A stretch of 64,000 bases of DNA, taken from contig CAIMWV010000035.1 of assembly GCA_903845295.1 (NCBI GenBank), positions 924 to 64,923 of the forward strand. The letters run 5' to 3'. The stretch's first letter is position 1; each line of letters starts with the position of its first letter. This document shows, in pieces, positions 29,451 through 38,358 of this stretch. The stretch is from Candidatus Staskawiczbacteria bacterium. Its GTDB lineage: Bacteria > Patescibacteriota > Minisyncoccia > Minisyncoccales > Staskawiczbacteraceae. The position numbers and the translations under genes were made by a program. A model generated the notes under the pieces. The model had not been told where the DNA came from, did no database searches, and saw only the letters and a list, made by a program, of their open reading frames with translations.

Positions 29451-29483
29451 AAAAACACCCTTAAAGGGGTGTTTCTCTTTATT
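29451..29483 (+). terminator. Terminator (ACACCC-TTAAAG-GGGTGT followed by a T-tract)
   Basis: Hairpin plus TTTCTCTTTATTT after the cfa stop. Confidence 0.6.
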
Positions 29484-29530
29484 TAAATATGCAAGGTCTA
29501 GCTAAGAGGCATTAATGCCTAGCTATGGCA

Positions 29531-30286
29531 CTATTTTTGCATAGTCTCAGTTTTTTCCCTTTTACTGCTTGATTCGGAATAGGATCTTGGCACCTTCCCC
29601 GGGATCTTTAAAAACTTACGTATGCTATCGCGTATACTAATTCTCATTTTATCAAAAATATTGGGTTCTTGAACCTTCTGTTCCTTCAATGGGATATATA
29701 GTGGTTCTCCCGGGCCCATTTTTGAAACATCCTCATTTAAATTGATTCCGCTTGCAATATCCCCCTCGGGGAGGTCTTCTGTGGTTTCGTTTTTCGGATT
29801 TTTTATTTCCGGCGCAGCATTTTGCGGAGTTTCTGTTACCCAGTCTACATTGGCAAGTTTTTCATAAAGTTCTTCAGTTTCCTTACGATGGGGTTTTAGT
29901 CTCATTTTACTGCTTGATTTAGATCCGGGTTTGATTCTTTTTGTTTCATTTTTTGCCTGCTGTCCGGACTGTTCTGGACTTTCTGCCACACCGGTTGGCT
30001 CGCCGGATTCGCCGGCTGTCCCACCTTCTTCTAATGTTGCTATCTCTCCCCCCGGCTCTGTATTAAATTTTCCTGATTCGATTGACATAAAATATATGAA
30101 ATTATTTTTTATGAGTTTTATTATACCACATATTTCAAAAATACAAAAGTTTTGTAAAGGTTTGATTAAAATTGCAAAAAAAAGAAGCAGAAAATCCTGC
30201 TCCATACTGCTGAACACGTCTCTGTTCCAGCTTTGAATTCTCGGAGAAACCGCTATTTCGGGCTGCCTGAAACGCAATCCGGGCAA
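29531..30286 (-). CDS. Hypothetical charged low-complexity protein (real start probably internal, MSIESGKF)
   Basis: E/K/P-rich sequence with no recognisable domain. Confidence 0.35.
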   Translation of the reverse strand: MPGLRFRQPEIAVSPRIQSWNRDVFSSMEQDFLLLFFAILIKPLQNFCIFEICGIIKLIKNNFIYFMSIESGKFNTEPGGEIATLEEGGTAGESGEPTGVAESPEQSGQQAKNETKRIKPGSKSSSKMRLKPHRKETEELYEKLANVDWVTETPQNAAPEIKNPKNETTEDLPEGDIASGINLNEDVSKMGPGEPLYIPLKEQKVQEPNIFDKMRISIRDSIRKFLKIPGKVPRSYSESSSKREKTETMQK

Positions 30287-30546
30287 ACCTCAATGTTTGG
30301 GGTCAACTGGATGAAACCGCTCCCGCAATTTCTGCAAGGAATGATTTTTTCGCGCCTTTCACGCCGGTGGCAGGTGGCGGCAATCAGATAAAGCACTGCA
30401 GCCATAAAGGCGATGCACCCAATGCCGGCGTACAAAAGGCCGACTGCTATTTCTTTCCTTACCAGCGCAAAAAGCGCCAGCACCAAAAAAAACAACAACA
30501 TGGCCACTCCTGCACAGAGACCTAAAAGCGGTTTATTCATCAGCAC
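30253..30546 (-). CDS. Small membrane protein with a C-terminal zinc-ribbon (CRNCG...CPDC)
   Basis: Two TM helices followed by CxxC-x15-CxxC. Confidence 0.45.
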   Translation of the reverse strand: MLMNKPLLGLCAGVAMLLFFLVLALFALVRKEIAVGLLYAGIGCIAFMAAVLYLIAATCHRRERREKIIPCRNCGSGFIQLTPNIEVCPDCVSGSPK

Positions 30547-30690
30547 CCTCCTTCAACGAACCATACTCTACGCACAATGCGCAAAGTTACTGGTTTTTGC
30601 CAGTCCCCAGTCCTTATATAATAATCTTATTTTTGACCATTGTCAATTGTGTATTACATAAATATCTTGACAATTATCCCTTTATCTATC

Positions 30691-30720
30691 AAAAAAGCCA
30701 CCTTAATCAAAGGTGGCTTT
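30691..30720 (-). terminator. Terminator (GCCACC-TTAATCAAA-GGTGGC with T6 on the minus strand)
   Basis: Stem preceded by A6 on the plus strand. Downstream of the tRNA-Gln copies on the minus strand. Confidence 0.65.
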
Positions 30721-30730
30721 GTCGCACAAT
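30718..30730. repeat. Copy c of the 13-bp palindromic motif (TTTGTCGCACAAT)
   Basis: Between the degenerate tRNA-Gln copy and the terminator hairpin. Confidence 0.7.
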
Positions 30731-30744
30731 GGAATTTGCTGCGG

Positions 30745-30820
30745 GACCTGCCTGCCGGCAGGCTTTGATTCTAACCAAGGTACTAGCCTTCAAAGGGCCA
30801 TGTCTACTTCACCCCGCCAA
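30745..30820 (-). pseudogene. Degenerate tandem copy of tRNA-Gln (retains the anticodon arm CCTTCAAAGGGCC and a T-arm-like segment; D-arm replaced; contains an inserted GCCTGCCGGCAGGC palindrome)
   Basis: About 45 nt are near-identical to the intact tRNA-Gln 80 bp away, but the acceptor and D-arm pairing is lost. Confidence 0.5.
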
Positions 30821-30845
30821 ATTTATCTTTACTTTTGAGCAAAGC

Positions 30846-30916
30846 TGCGGGACTTGGATTCGAACCAAGATACTAGCCTTCAAAGGGCCATGTCCTACCA
30901 TTAGACGATCCCGCAG
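30846..30916 (-). tRNA. tRNA-Gln (anticodon TTG)
   Basis: Manual fold: acceptor TGCGGGA/TCCCGCA, D-arm GTCT/GGAC, anticodon stem TGGCC/GGCTA with loop CTTTGAA, T-arm CTTGG-TTCGAAT-CCAAG, discriminator G. Confidence 0.9.
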
Positions 30917-31160
30917 CTTTGCTCAAAAACCTTTTTAATGTGGCACCGCCATGCCAACTTTTGATTTGCTTTTCTCTTTGCCTAGCTTTCCCGTAATCTT
31001 TATATTCTTGAAAATAAATTATGCTCCATAGAGTGCCAAGTTTAGTCGAATATACTTCCCCGCGATTGTGTTTCAACAAACGCTTTTTCGGGTCTAACTT
31101 TGTAATCCCTACATAATGTTTTCCTTTGTCATTTTCAAGAATATAAAGATTACAATTCAT
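30873..31160 (-). CDS. GIY-YIG nuclease superfamily protein (COG2827/YhbQ-like). Start taken at MNCNLYIL. The C-terminal ~15 codons overlap tRNA-Gln on the same strand.
   Basis: GIY-YIG core LYILENDKGKHYVGITKLDPKKRLLKHN...YSTKLGTLWSIIYFQEYKDYGKARQREKQIKSW. Confidence 0.65.
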   Translation of the reverse strand: MNCNLYILENDKGKHYVGITKLDPKKRLLKHNRGEVYSTKLGTLWSIIYFQEYKDYGKARQREKQIKSWHGGATLKRFLSKAAGSSNGRTWPFEG

Positions 31161-31174
31161 CAATTTAAATTTGG

Positions 31175-31201
31175 CGGGGCAAGTTAGACGATCCCGCAAT
31201 A
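31175..31201 (-). repeat. Duplicate of the first 15 nt of tRNA-Gln (TGCGGGATCGTCTAA) lying upstream of the GIY-YIG gene
   Basis: Exact 15-nt match to the tRNA-Gln 5' end followed by divergence. It falls inside the over-extended N-terminus of the ORF-track GIY-YIG ORF. Confidence 0.45.
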
Positions 31202-31236
31202 ATAGATTCACTACTGAAAGATTCTTTTTTATAATA

Positions 31237-33042
31237 TCATTTTTTTCCAGATTTTTCAATTGTTTGGCCGCCAGATTGCAGATAAAAATTTTCTTCTGAA
31301 AAATCTAGTTGCTTGGTTGTTTTATCAATTTTTACCGTCAACCCGAGCCCGTTACGTACATTTTCATTAAAGTATTGGTCAAAAATAAAGTTTCCAAGAG
31401 AATAATAAATTCTCTTGCCGTTATAAACCTCCGGGACACCCCCCGGGCCTTCTATCACATGCGGATGGGCGCCAACAACCAAATCTGATCCCGCGTCTAT
31501 AAATTGGCGGGCCAGCTCCTCTTGTCCATCTGTAGGCGTTAAAGAGTATTCTACTCCCCAGTGGCTGAACACAACCACAATATCTGACTCAGATTTTATT
31601 TTCTTTATCTCGTTGATCGTAGCTTTTTGTTCATCGCCAATATCGTTGCCTGAAAATTCGTTATAACTTACAAATGCAATTTTAATGCCTCCTATATCTT
31701 CAACCGCGCTCTTTTCCCCGCCTGGTTCGCCAAAATAATCAACGTTGGCGCCGCTCAAATATTTTTCCGTAGAATTCAAGCCTTCTTGGCCAAAATTTAA
31801 AATATGATTATTTCCCAGATCAACTAATCTGATATTTTCCATAAAAAGGGTTCCGGCTAGGCTAGGGTCAAAGGTAAAAAAATAATTGTCTATACTGCCC
31901 GGAATTGTTCCGGAGCTAATTGATTTATTATCTGTGATGGGGCCCTCAAGGTTTGCAACGACTAAATCATTATCTGAAAGCAATGGAGATATTTTATCAA
32001 AAATAAATTCATTGCCGCCGTTATTTTTTGCATAATATCTTATTCCGCGGTCAAACATCAAATCACCAACGAATAAAATTTGCGCATAATCTTTTTTTGC
32101 ATAATAGCCGGACACATAGCTTGTCACTGAATTTTCATCTTCGCCGGATACGTCAAAAGAATTTTTATTATCAACAATGGTAAAATTATCTTGGTTCCCC
32201 GTTAAAAATCCTCTCAATGTTGCAAGGCATTGTTTGCAATCATTCGTAACTTGATTGATGTCATCTGCGTTTAAATTATCCAATGCATCTGTGCTTTTTT
32301 TGTCATTTGCTTTTGCCTCCTCTACAGACGAATCATGGGAAAAATCACTGCTGACTATTAAAATAGAGCTGTTATGCGATATTTTTTTGATTTCCCTCCC
32401 TAAATCTAAAAAATCAGCATAGGGCAAATTATTCCTTAATACTAGCGGCACAATTTTTGCATTTGGAAAAAACTTTTTAACAAATGGTATCTCTACATAA
32501 ATCCCGTGTTCAAGGCCCAAAACAGAATCTTTTGTTTCGACTCCTCCGTTATCTAACAAAGATTTAACTGAATTGCAGTCTGTCTGTAGTTGGCCGAATG
32601 GCGTAGTCCAATCAAGATAACTTGTGTAAGCAATTGTTTCCGGCTTGAAATAATTATTGTAATGGTCAGGGGAAACTAAAAAAACAGTTAAAATTTTATC
32701 GCTGCCAATCCTATTATAAAAATCGGCGATTAATTGTTTTGCCAGAAAATGATGTGAAATTATTCCGGCATCGGCATTGGCCTCCTGCGCCGGATTTTTC
32801 AATTTCGAAAAGACATCTTTATATTCCTCGGGATTATTGAAAACACTGGCTAAAAAGGTCTGCTTCTTAATTTGAAACACACTCCTTGGGTTGCCTTGAT
32901 AATTCTTAACAAAAAAAACACCAGCCGTTGTTATTAAAATAACAACGGCCAGAGTTATTAATGCTGATATTAAGGTTATTTCACCAAATCTTTGTTCCAC
33001 CATGGCATTTGCAATTTTTGCGGCGCGCTGGAATATTCCCAC
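31237..33042 (-). CDS. Fusion protein: N-terminal MEMO1/AmmeMemoRadiSam-system-protein-B-like domain plus C-terminal CapA-family (PGA_cap) metallophosphatase
   Basis: The C-terminus has CapA motifs (FVGDLMFDR, DLVVANLEGPIT, GNNHILNFG, FSHWGVEYS, VVGAHPHVIEG, YSLGNFIFDQ). The N-terminal ~280 aa resembles the MEMO/LigB fold (SHHF...SPDHY), assigned with lower confidence. Confidence 0.6.
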   Translation of the reverse strand: MGIFQRAAKIANAMVEQRFGEITLISALITLAVVILITTAGVFFVKNYQGNPRSVFQIKKQTFLASVFNNPEEYKDVFSKLKNPAQEANADAGIISHHFLAKQLIADFYNRIGSDKILTVFLVSPDHYNNYFKPETIAYTSYLDWTTPFGQLQTDCNSVKSLLDNGGVETKDSVLGLEHGIYVEIPFVKKFFPNAKIVPLVLRNNLPYADFLDLGREIKKISHNSSILIVSSDFSHDSSVEEAKANDKKSTDALDNLNADDINQVTNDCKQCLATLRGFLTGNQDNFTIVDNKNSFDVSGEDENSVTSYVSGYYAKKDYAQILFVGDLMFDRGIRYYAKNNGGNEFIFDKISPLLSDNDLVVANLEGPITDNKSISSGTIPGSIDNYFFTFDPSLAGTLFMENIRLVDLGNNHILNFGQEGLNSTEKYLSGANVDYFGEPGGEKSAVEDIGGIKIAFVSYNEFSGNDIGDEQKATINEIKKIKSESDIVVVFSHWGVEYSLTPTDGQEELARQFIDAGSDLVVGAHPHVIEGPGGVPEVYNGKRIYYSLGNFIFDQYFNENVRNGLGLTVKIDKTTKQLDFSEENFYLQSGGQTIEKSGKK

Positions 33043-35717
33043 CCTTGCCAGGTCTGGTCCGTATATCTCTTTGCCAGAGGCCCCGTGAACTCATAATATG
33101 AATAAACAAGTCCTTTGGTCAAGCGCGTGCCGTTGGCATCTTTAACTGCAACATAGATATAATTTGGAATGCCGTCCGCCTCGTAAAGTATCTGGCCCTT
33201 TTTTGCATCAGTATGTACATCAGCAATTACAGCGGACCTGGCGTTACTTTCCAGTGAAACCTGCGAGTCCGGCGCCTGCAAAATTTGGTCTAATTGGCCT
33301 GCGCTTAATCTTAGTTTTTCAAAATCGTCATCGCTTATTTTTGTATTTTGCAATTCTGAAACTGCAATTGTCCTGTAAAACTTCAAAGAATCCAAAAATG
33401 TAGTATTGCGCGATTCAAAATTGCTCGGCAATATTCCAAATTGCTTTAAACCATCGTCCGTTAAATTTACCAGCGATATCAACCGATCAAAAAATACCAC
33501 ATTCGGTTCAACATATCCTTTTGGAACAGGATTTGGCGGCGGAGTTTGGCCAGGCCCTCCGGCGCCCAGCTCAGCATAACTTTGTTTTGCATAAAGCAGA
33601 GTATCGTGTTTTAGCTCAGTCCACGAGCCCAAAAATGTCTGCAAGGTTTTTTTGTCCCAATCTTCAGATTTTACAAACATCGGGTATCCTGTTTTAGTGA
33701 TGCTGTCCGTAAATAATGATTTTATCGTATAAAGCCATGACCAGTATATATTTTGAGTCCATTGCTGCTGGGTTGTTTTATTAAAATAATCCTGCAGAGT
33801 TGCCATTCTGTTTGCTAAAACCTTATCGGAATTCGGCGCGTTATCTTTTATCCAGGCGTCTAAGAGCGCAGCCGATTCTTTGCTGCCCATCAAGGTAGAA
33901 ACCATTAAAGCGGTAGGCATACTCGGCAATTTTTGGCCTGTCGCCGGGTCAGGAGTTTCATCACCTTGCGTCAAGGTCGAAAATATGAAAGCATCTGGCG
34001 TAAATCTCTGGCCCATAAATCTGAATCCCTTTGTTGTTTTTTGCAAATCCTCTTTTGTTGTGCTGGTCACACTGTTTGAAACGATTACAGAAGACATTAT
34101 CTGCGGATTCGGGTAGGTCAGCAATTCATCCTGCAATTTATTAACGGCAGAATCACTTTCATCAGAGATTGTAAATCCTGTTTTTGTTTCTGCCTGATTA
34201 TATTCGTAAACCGTCAGGTCATCTGATTTGCCGACAAAGAATGTTGTCGGCTGGTAAATTGATTCCCATTGTTTCAGTTCATCCGTAGAAAGAAGCTGGG
34301 TGATATTTGCCGCATCTCGGGTTAATTCCGGGCTCTTCAGTAAAAAATTCATCCTGCCATAAAACATCATTGCCCTGAAATAATCTCTGAGTATCACATT
34401 TTTTGTATAGTGGCTCCGCGGGCCAAATTGGGTATAATCTTCCGACATATCGGGCTGATATTTGCCCATTAAAGGCGACGGGGCCGGTTGATTTGCATCA
34501 AAAATTAATGTGATTTCCTGCTTTGCAATATTTTTGGCGTTGTCTGAAACATTATTTGATTTTGCCAAGGAATCTGTTAATGCCAAAACAGCGGCTTTTG
34601 TGTCTGATTTTGAATCATCCACAAAATTTGCCTGTTTAAATTTATTGTAATCAGCCGTTGCATTCTCTAAAATTGATGAAGTCACCAAAAAGTATGAAGA
34701 CAAGCGTTCATAACTGTCTTTTTGATTTTGATCCGTTGTGCCTGAATAAGCGCCGGCGGATTGTTTCAATAAATTTTTGCTTAATTCGTCGAGCGTCGGA
34801 TAAAAATTGTTTTCTTCAATATATGAAAATTCTTCATCGATTAATTTATGGTAGGTATGTGTTAAAAAGTCAGTGGTGACAAAAACAGAATTTTGCGGCT
34901 GTCGCTCATAATCGGCGTATCCCCCGCCTATCGCACCGTATAAAGTTGTCCAATCGTCATTTCTTCTGGCATTTTGGCTGCTTGTATCGCTTGAATAAAA
35001 TTTATCATTATTTCTTGTGATAAAAAAATTATCTGTTGTTAAGGAATTCGTTTCTGCCGTTGAAAAATTTCCGCTGGTCTTTTGGAAATTATTAAGGTTA
35101 GTTAATTCGCTTAAAGACAACTGGTAATTTGGAATTGCCGGGGTATACTTTGTGCTTTCTAGGCTATATTTAGCGAAAGCTGGCTCTACAAAATTATTGG
35201 CAGTTGCAGCGGGACTTGTATTCTCGTTACTCTTTGTTTGCGTCGGAATGATTTTATTAAGCAGATCTGTCTGGGTCACAACCAAATATCCCGCCCCGCA
35301 CAAGAAAACAACAACAATCAAAACCAATAAAAGTTTTAAAACTAAATGAGATTTTCTTGTCCCTGGAATATTAGCTTGCGGTGATTGCTGGATTTGCGGT
35401 TGCGGCTGAGGTTGTGGTTGAGCTTGTGTTTGTTGCTGTGGTTGCTGTGGTCGCGGTTGCACCTGTGGCTGAGATTGTGTCGGCTGAGGCTGAGGTTTGG
35501 GCTGATATTGGGGCTGTTGCTGCGCTTGGGGCTGGATTTGCGGTTGCGGCTGAGGTTGTGGTTGAGGTTGGGTTAAAGATGCAAGGGCATCATTGACCTC
35601 TGCTTCCGTCCATCCGTTTTTGTATAACAAAGTACGGGTCTGATCTTCGCTTTGACCGGCCTGCCTTGCTTTTTTTATATAATCTACTAATTGTTGTTCC
35701 AACATATTTTTTTGCAC
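32976..35717 (-). CDS. Large membrane-anchored protein: cytoplasmic N-terminal domain, PQ-repeat linker, one TM helix, ~700-aa extracytoplasmic domain of unknown function (GTG start)
   Basis: (PQ)n / QPQ repeat region, hydrophobic helix LLLVLIVVVFLCGAGYLVV. No catalytic motifs recognised. Confidence 0.5.
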   Translation of the reverse strand: MQKNMLEQQLVDYIKKARQAGQSEDQTRTLLYKNGWTEAEVNDALASLTQPQPQPQPQPQIQPQAQQQPQYQPKPQPQPTQSQPQVQPRPQQPQQQTQAQPQPQPQPQIQQSPQANIPGTRKSHLVLKLLLVLIVVVFLCGAGYLVVTQTDLLNKIIPTQTKSNENTSPAATANNFVEPAFAKYSLESTKYTPAIPNYQLSLSELTNLNNFQKTSGNFSTAETNSLTTDNFFITRNNDKFYSSDTSSQNARRNDDWTTLYGAIGGGYADYERQPQNSVFVTTDFLTHTYHKLIDEEFSYIEENNFYPTLDELSKNLLKQSAGAYSGTTDQNQKDSYERLSSYFLVTSSILENATADYNKFKQANFVDDSKSDTKAAVLALTDSLAKSNNVSDNAKNIAKQEITLIFDANQPAPSPLMGKYQPDMSEDYTQFGPRSHYTKNVILRDYFRAMMFYGRMNFLLKSPELTRDAANITQLLSTDELKQWESIYQPTTFFVGKSDDLTVYEYNQAETKTGFTISDESDSAVNKLQDELLTYPNPQIMSSVIVSNSVTSTTKEDLQKTTKGFRFMGQRFTPDAFIFSTLTQGDETPDPATGQKLPSMPTALMVSTLMGSKESAALLDAWIKDNAPNSDKVLANRMATLQDYFNKTTQQQWTQNIYWSWLYTIKSLFTDSITKTGYPMFVKSEDWDKKTLQTFLGSWTELKHDTLLYAKQSYAELGAGGPGQTPPPNPVPKGYVEPNVVFFDRLISLVNLTDDGLKQFGILPSNFESRNTTFLDSLKFYRTIAVSELQNTKISDDDFEKLRLSAGQLDQILQAPDSQVSLESNARSAVIADVHTDAKKGQILYEADGIPNYIYVAVKDANGTRLTKGLVYSYYEFTGPLAKRYTDQTWQGWEYSSAPQKLQMPWWNKDLVK
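35388..35566. repeat. 33-bp direct DNA repeat (GGATTTGCGGTTGCGGCTGAGGTTGTGGTTGAG) present twice 146 bp apart within the PQ-repeat-coding region
   Basis: Exact repeat at about 35388-35420 and 35534-35566. Degenerate GGTTGNGG(C/T)TG periodicity lies between the copies. Confidence 0.7.
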
Positions 35718-35834
35718 CCTTCATATAGAAAATATATAAGGGGCTGTTAAAAATAAATATTATTCTATCATTATACCACAATGTCAATAATGCAACCTGT
35801 GTATAAAAAAATCGTGATATGTATCACGAAAAGA

Positions 35835-35847
35835 ATTGTCGCACAAT
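35835..35847. repeat. Copy d of the 13-bp palindromic motif (ATTGTCGCACAAT, perfect)
   Basis: 36 bp downstream of the dnaX stop and about 120 bp upstream of the 913-aa gene. Confidence 0.7.
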
Positions 35848-35882
35848 GGATATTAAGCAACATTTTAAAATGTCGATTAATA

Positions 35883-36980
35883 TCAGGTAATATGAGTGAT
35901 GTTTATTACTGCCAATTCAAGCGGCAATTGAGGAACAGCCGAATATTTAATCTTATTTTCTGCATCAATGAAGAACTCCAGCATATTCTGCAGGTCTTTT
36001 TGGGCCAGACTGGATGTTTGCCCTTTCATTTTCTCAAGCTCCTGATGTGACAGTCCTGAACTCTGCAGATTCAGGAAATTTGGATTTATTTTCAAAAGCA
36101 GCTCCTGGCGGAGATAAAAAACCAATGTTTTGGTAAATTCCTGCAAATCAACGCCGTTATCCACTATTGAATTTAAAAACATAATCGCATCTTTCGTGTT
36201 TTTAGAAATGAGACAATCAACGAAGCGGGAAATTTCTCCAACCTCAACAATTCCCAGCAGCTCTTTTATGTCCTCGGTTTTTATCAAACCCCGCTCTCCA
36301 AAACTCAGGCACTCATCTAACAAAGATTCCGCATCCCTAAAAGATCCGCGCGAATTCAGGGCAATTAAGGACAATGCCGAGTCGTCAAATTTTACATTTT
36401 CTTTTTTAGATATAAATTCCAATTTTTTTATGATTTCCGGCACCTGCAGGCGCTTAAAATCAAACTTCTGGCATCTTGATAAAATAGTCGGCAAAACTTT
36501 ATGCAATTCCGTTGTAGCCAAAATAAAAATTGCATGGGCCGGCGGCTCTTCAAGGGTTTTTAAAAGCGCATTAAAGGCAGGCTTGCTTAACTGATGGCAT
36601 TCGTCAATTATGAATATTTTGTATTTTGATTTTATCGGCGTAAATTTTATTCCCTCAATCAATTCCCTGACGTCATCTACTCCGGTGTGCGAAGCTGCAT
36701 CAATTTCAATCAAATCCATTGATTTTCCGGCCATAATTTCCAAACAAGAAGAACATTTATTGCACGGCTCCGCGGAAGCCGGGCTTTCGCAATTTATAGT
36801 TTTAGCAAAAATTCTGGCAATTGTTGTCTTCCCGCTCCCCCTCGGGCCGGAAAACAAATAAGCATGGGAAATATTGTTTCCTTTTATAGAGTTAGTCAGT
36901 GTCTTGACCACATGCTCTTGCCCGATAACTTCGCCAAACGTCTGCGGCCGATATTTTCTGTATAATACTAGATTGTTCAT
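35883..36980 (-). CDS. dnaX: DNA polymerase III subunit gamma/tau (short form)
   Basis: YRPQTFGEVIGQEHVVKTL...YLFSGPRGSGKTTIARIFAK, zinc module CNKCSSC, DEAR-like DECHQLS. Confidence 0.9.
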   Translation of the reverse strand: MNNLVLYRKYRPQTFGEVIGQEHVVKTLTNSIKGNNISHAYLFSGPRGSGKTTIARIFAKTINCESPASAEPCNKCSSCLEIMAGKSMDLIEIDAASHTGVDDVRELIEGIKFTPIKSKYKIFIIDECHQLSKPAFNALLKTLEEPPAHAIFILATTELHKVLPTILSRCQKFDFKRLQVPEIIKKLEFISKKENVKFDDSALSLIALNSRGSFRDAESLLDECLSFGERGLIKTEDIKELLGIVEVGEISRFVDCLISKNTKDAIMFLNSIVDNGVDLQEFTKTLVFYLRQELLLKINPNFLNLQSSGLSHQELEKMKGQTSSLAQKDLQNMLEFFIDAENKIKYSAVPQLPLELAVINITHIT

Positions 36981-37089
36981 ATTATTTTTTAAATACTATA
37001 AATTTACAGCCTTCTATATTTTTTTATATGAAGGGTGCGAGCAGTTTATGATGTTTATAGTTATCATCCATTTTGTCTATTTGTTATTT

Positions 37090-37641
37090 CTATTTCTTGA
37101 AAACTATGAACTTATATCCTAAAAAATTCCATGTTCCGGCTCCTATGGCTGCGAGTATTATACTTAATTCTACCCAAAGTTTTGCCGGAATTCCAATTTT
37201 TATCTTGCCTAAAAAATAGAATAAAATGACATTTATAAATAAACCGACCATTGCAACCATAAAAAATTTCGCCATTTCTTTATGCATGTCCTCTCTTTCG
37301 TGCTTTTCAAATGTCCAGTGCTTGTCGGAAAAATATTTTACAAAAGTTGCGACTATAAATGAAACTGCTTTTAAAGGGAGCGGAAATGGAATAAATAAAA
37401 ATAAAAATTGAAAAACTTTTATATCAACAACATCAGCAAACGCTCCGGCTAAAACAAATTTTCCGACCTGATGCACAAATAAATATTTTCTTCCTATCAA
37501 ATCAACCAGCCACAAGCCGATTACCGAAAGCACCGGCAAAACAATAAAAAAAATCAACCAATATTTTTTAAAAAAATCTGCTGCTATCCATGAAACTGCC
37601 AATCCGCAAATAATAGCTAAAATTATATCTAATTTTTTCAT
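37090..37641 (-). CDS. GtrA-family membrane protein
   Basis: 183 aa, 4 TM helices, C-terminal GTWNFLGYKFIVFKK characteristic of the GtrA family. Confidence 0.65.
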   Translation of the reverse strand: MKKLDIILAIICGLAVSWIAADFFKKYWLIFFIVLPVLSVIGLWLVDLIGRKYLFVHQVGKFVLAGAFADVVDIKVFQFLFLFIPFPLPLKAVSFIVATFVKYFSDKHWTFEKHEREDMHKEMAKFFMVAMVGLFINVILFYFLGKIKIGIPAKLWVELSIILAAIGAGTWNFLGYKFIVFKK

Positions 37642-37701
37642 CTTTATTAAAATAAGTTTACCACAAATAAACCACTATTAACAAATATAGGAAAATTTGT
37701 T

Positions 37702-38358
37702 ATGATTTGCTATACTGAGCGTATGAAAAATTTATTAAATGATTTTAAAGATTTCCTGGAAAAAATCGACCATTATAGGGACGAGTTGCTTTTTCTTTTT
37801 ATAAAACCATGCTGGCCTAAAAAAATCTCTCCAAACCATTTAACATATGCAAGGGTTGTCATAGGCTTATCGTTGTTTATCTTGCTGTTCTTTTTTGGCA
37901 TAGAAAATAAGCTCCTAATAATTTCTTTATTTTGTGCGGGGGCCTTAACAGATCTTTTCGACGGTTCTGTTGCAAGGGGCCTGAATAAGATAACTGAGCT
38001 TGGCACCATGCTAGATCCGATAGCTGACAGGGTTTTAATTGTTCCTATAGCGGTTTACAGCTTGTATGGAGATCAAAAATGGCTGCTTTTACTCCTGCTT
38101 TTAGCAGAAGTGGCTGGCGCGCTTGTTTCTGTATTTTATAAATCAAAAGAGGCGCGTGTAAACATAAACATTTTTGGCAAGACTAAAATGGTTTTATTGT
38201 CGATCGTGTTCGTTGCGCTTTTAATAGTTTGGCCGAACACACCGTCTGTCTTTTTTATTGATATTTTATGGATTTCTCTGATTTTTTCTCTTTTGAGCAT
38301 TTTTACAAGAATATTAGAATTAAAAAATAAAGGATATGTCAAATTTAAAAATATATAA
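37702..38358 (+). CDS. CDP-alcohol phosphatidyltransferase family protein
   Basis: Motif DLFDGSVARGLNKITELGTMLDPIADR (D-G-x2-A-R-x8-G-x3-D-x3-D). Confidence 0.8.
   Translation: MICYTERMKNLLNDFKDFLEKIDHYRDELLFLFIKPCWPKKISPNHLTYARVVIGLSLFILLFFFGIENKLLIISLFCAGALTDLFDGSVARGLNKITELGTMLDPIADRVLIVPIAVYSLYGDQKWLLLLLLLAEVAGALVSVFYKSKEARVNINIFGKTKMVLLSIVFVALLIVWPNTPSVFFIDILWISLIFSLLSIFTRILELKNKGYVKFKNI

Noticed and set aside
30597-30938. ORF-track 113-aa plus-strand ORF
   Set aside because: It lies antisense across tRNA-Gln and its degenerate copy and has no start context. It is spurious.
35381-35596. Plus-strand ORFs (71 aa and 63 aa, Ala/Val- and Leu/Arg-rich)
   Set aside because: They are antisense frames of the (PQ)n repeat-coding DNA of the 913-aa gene, a low-complexity artefact.
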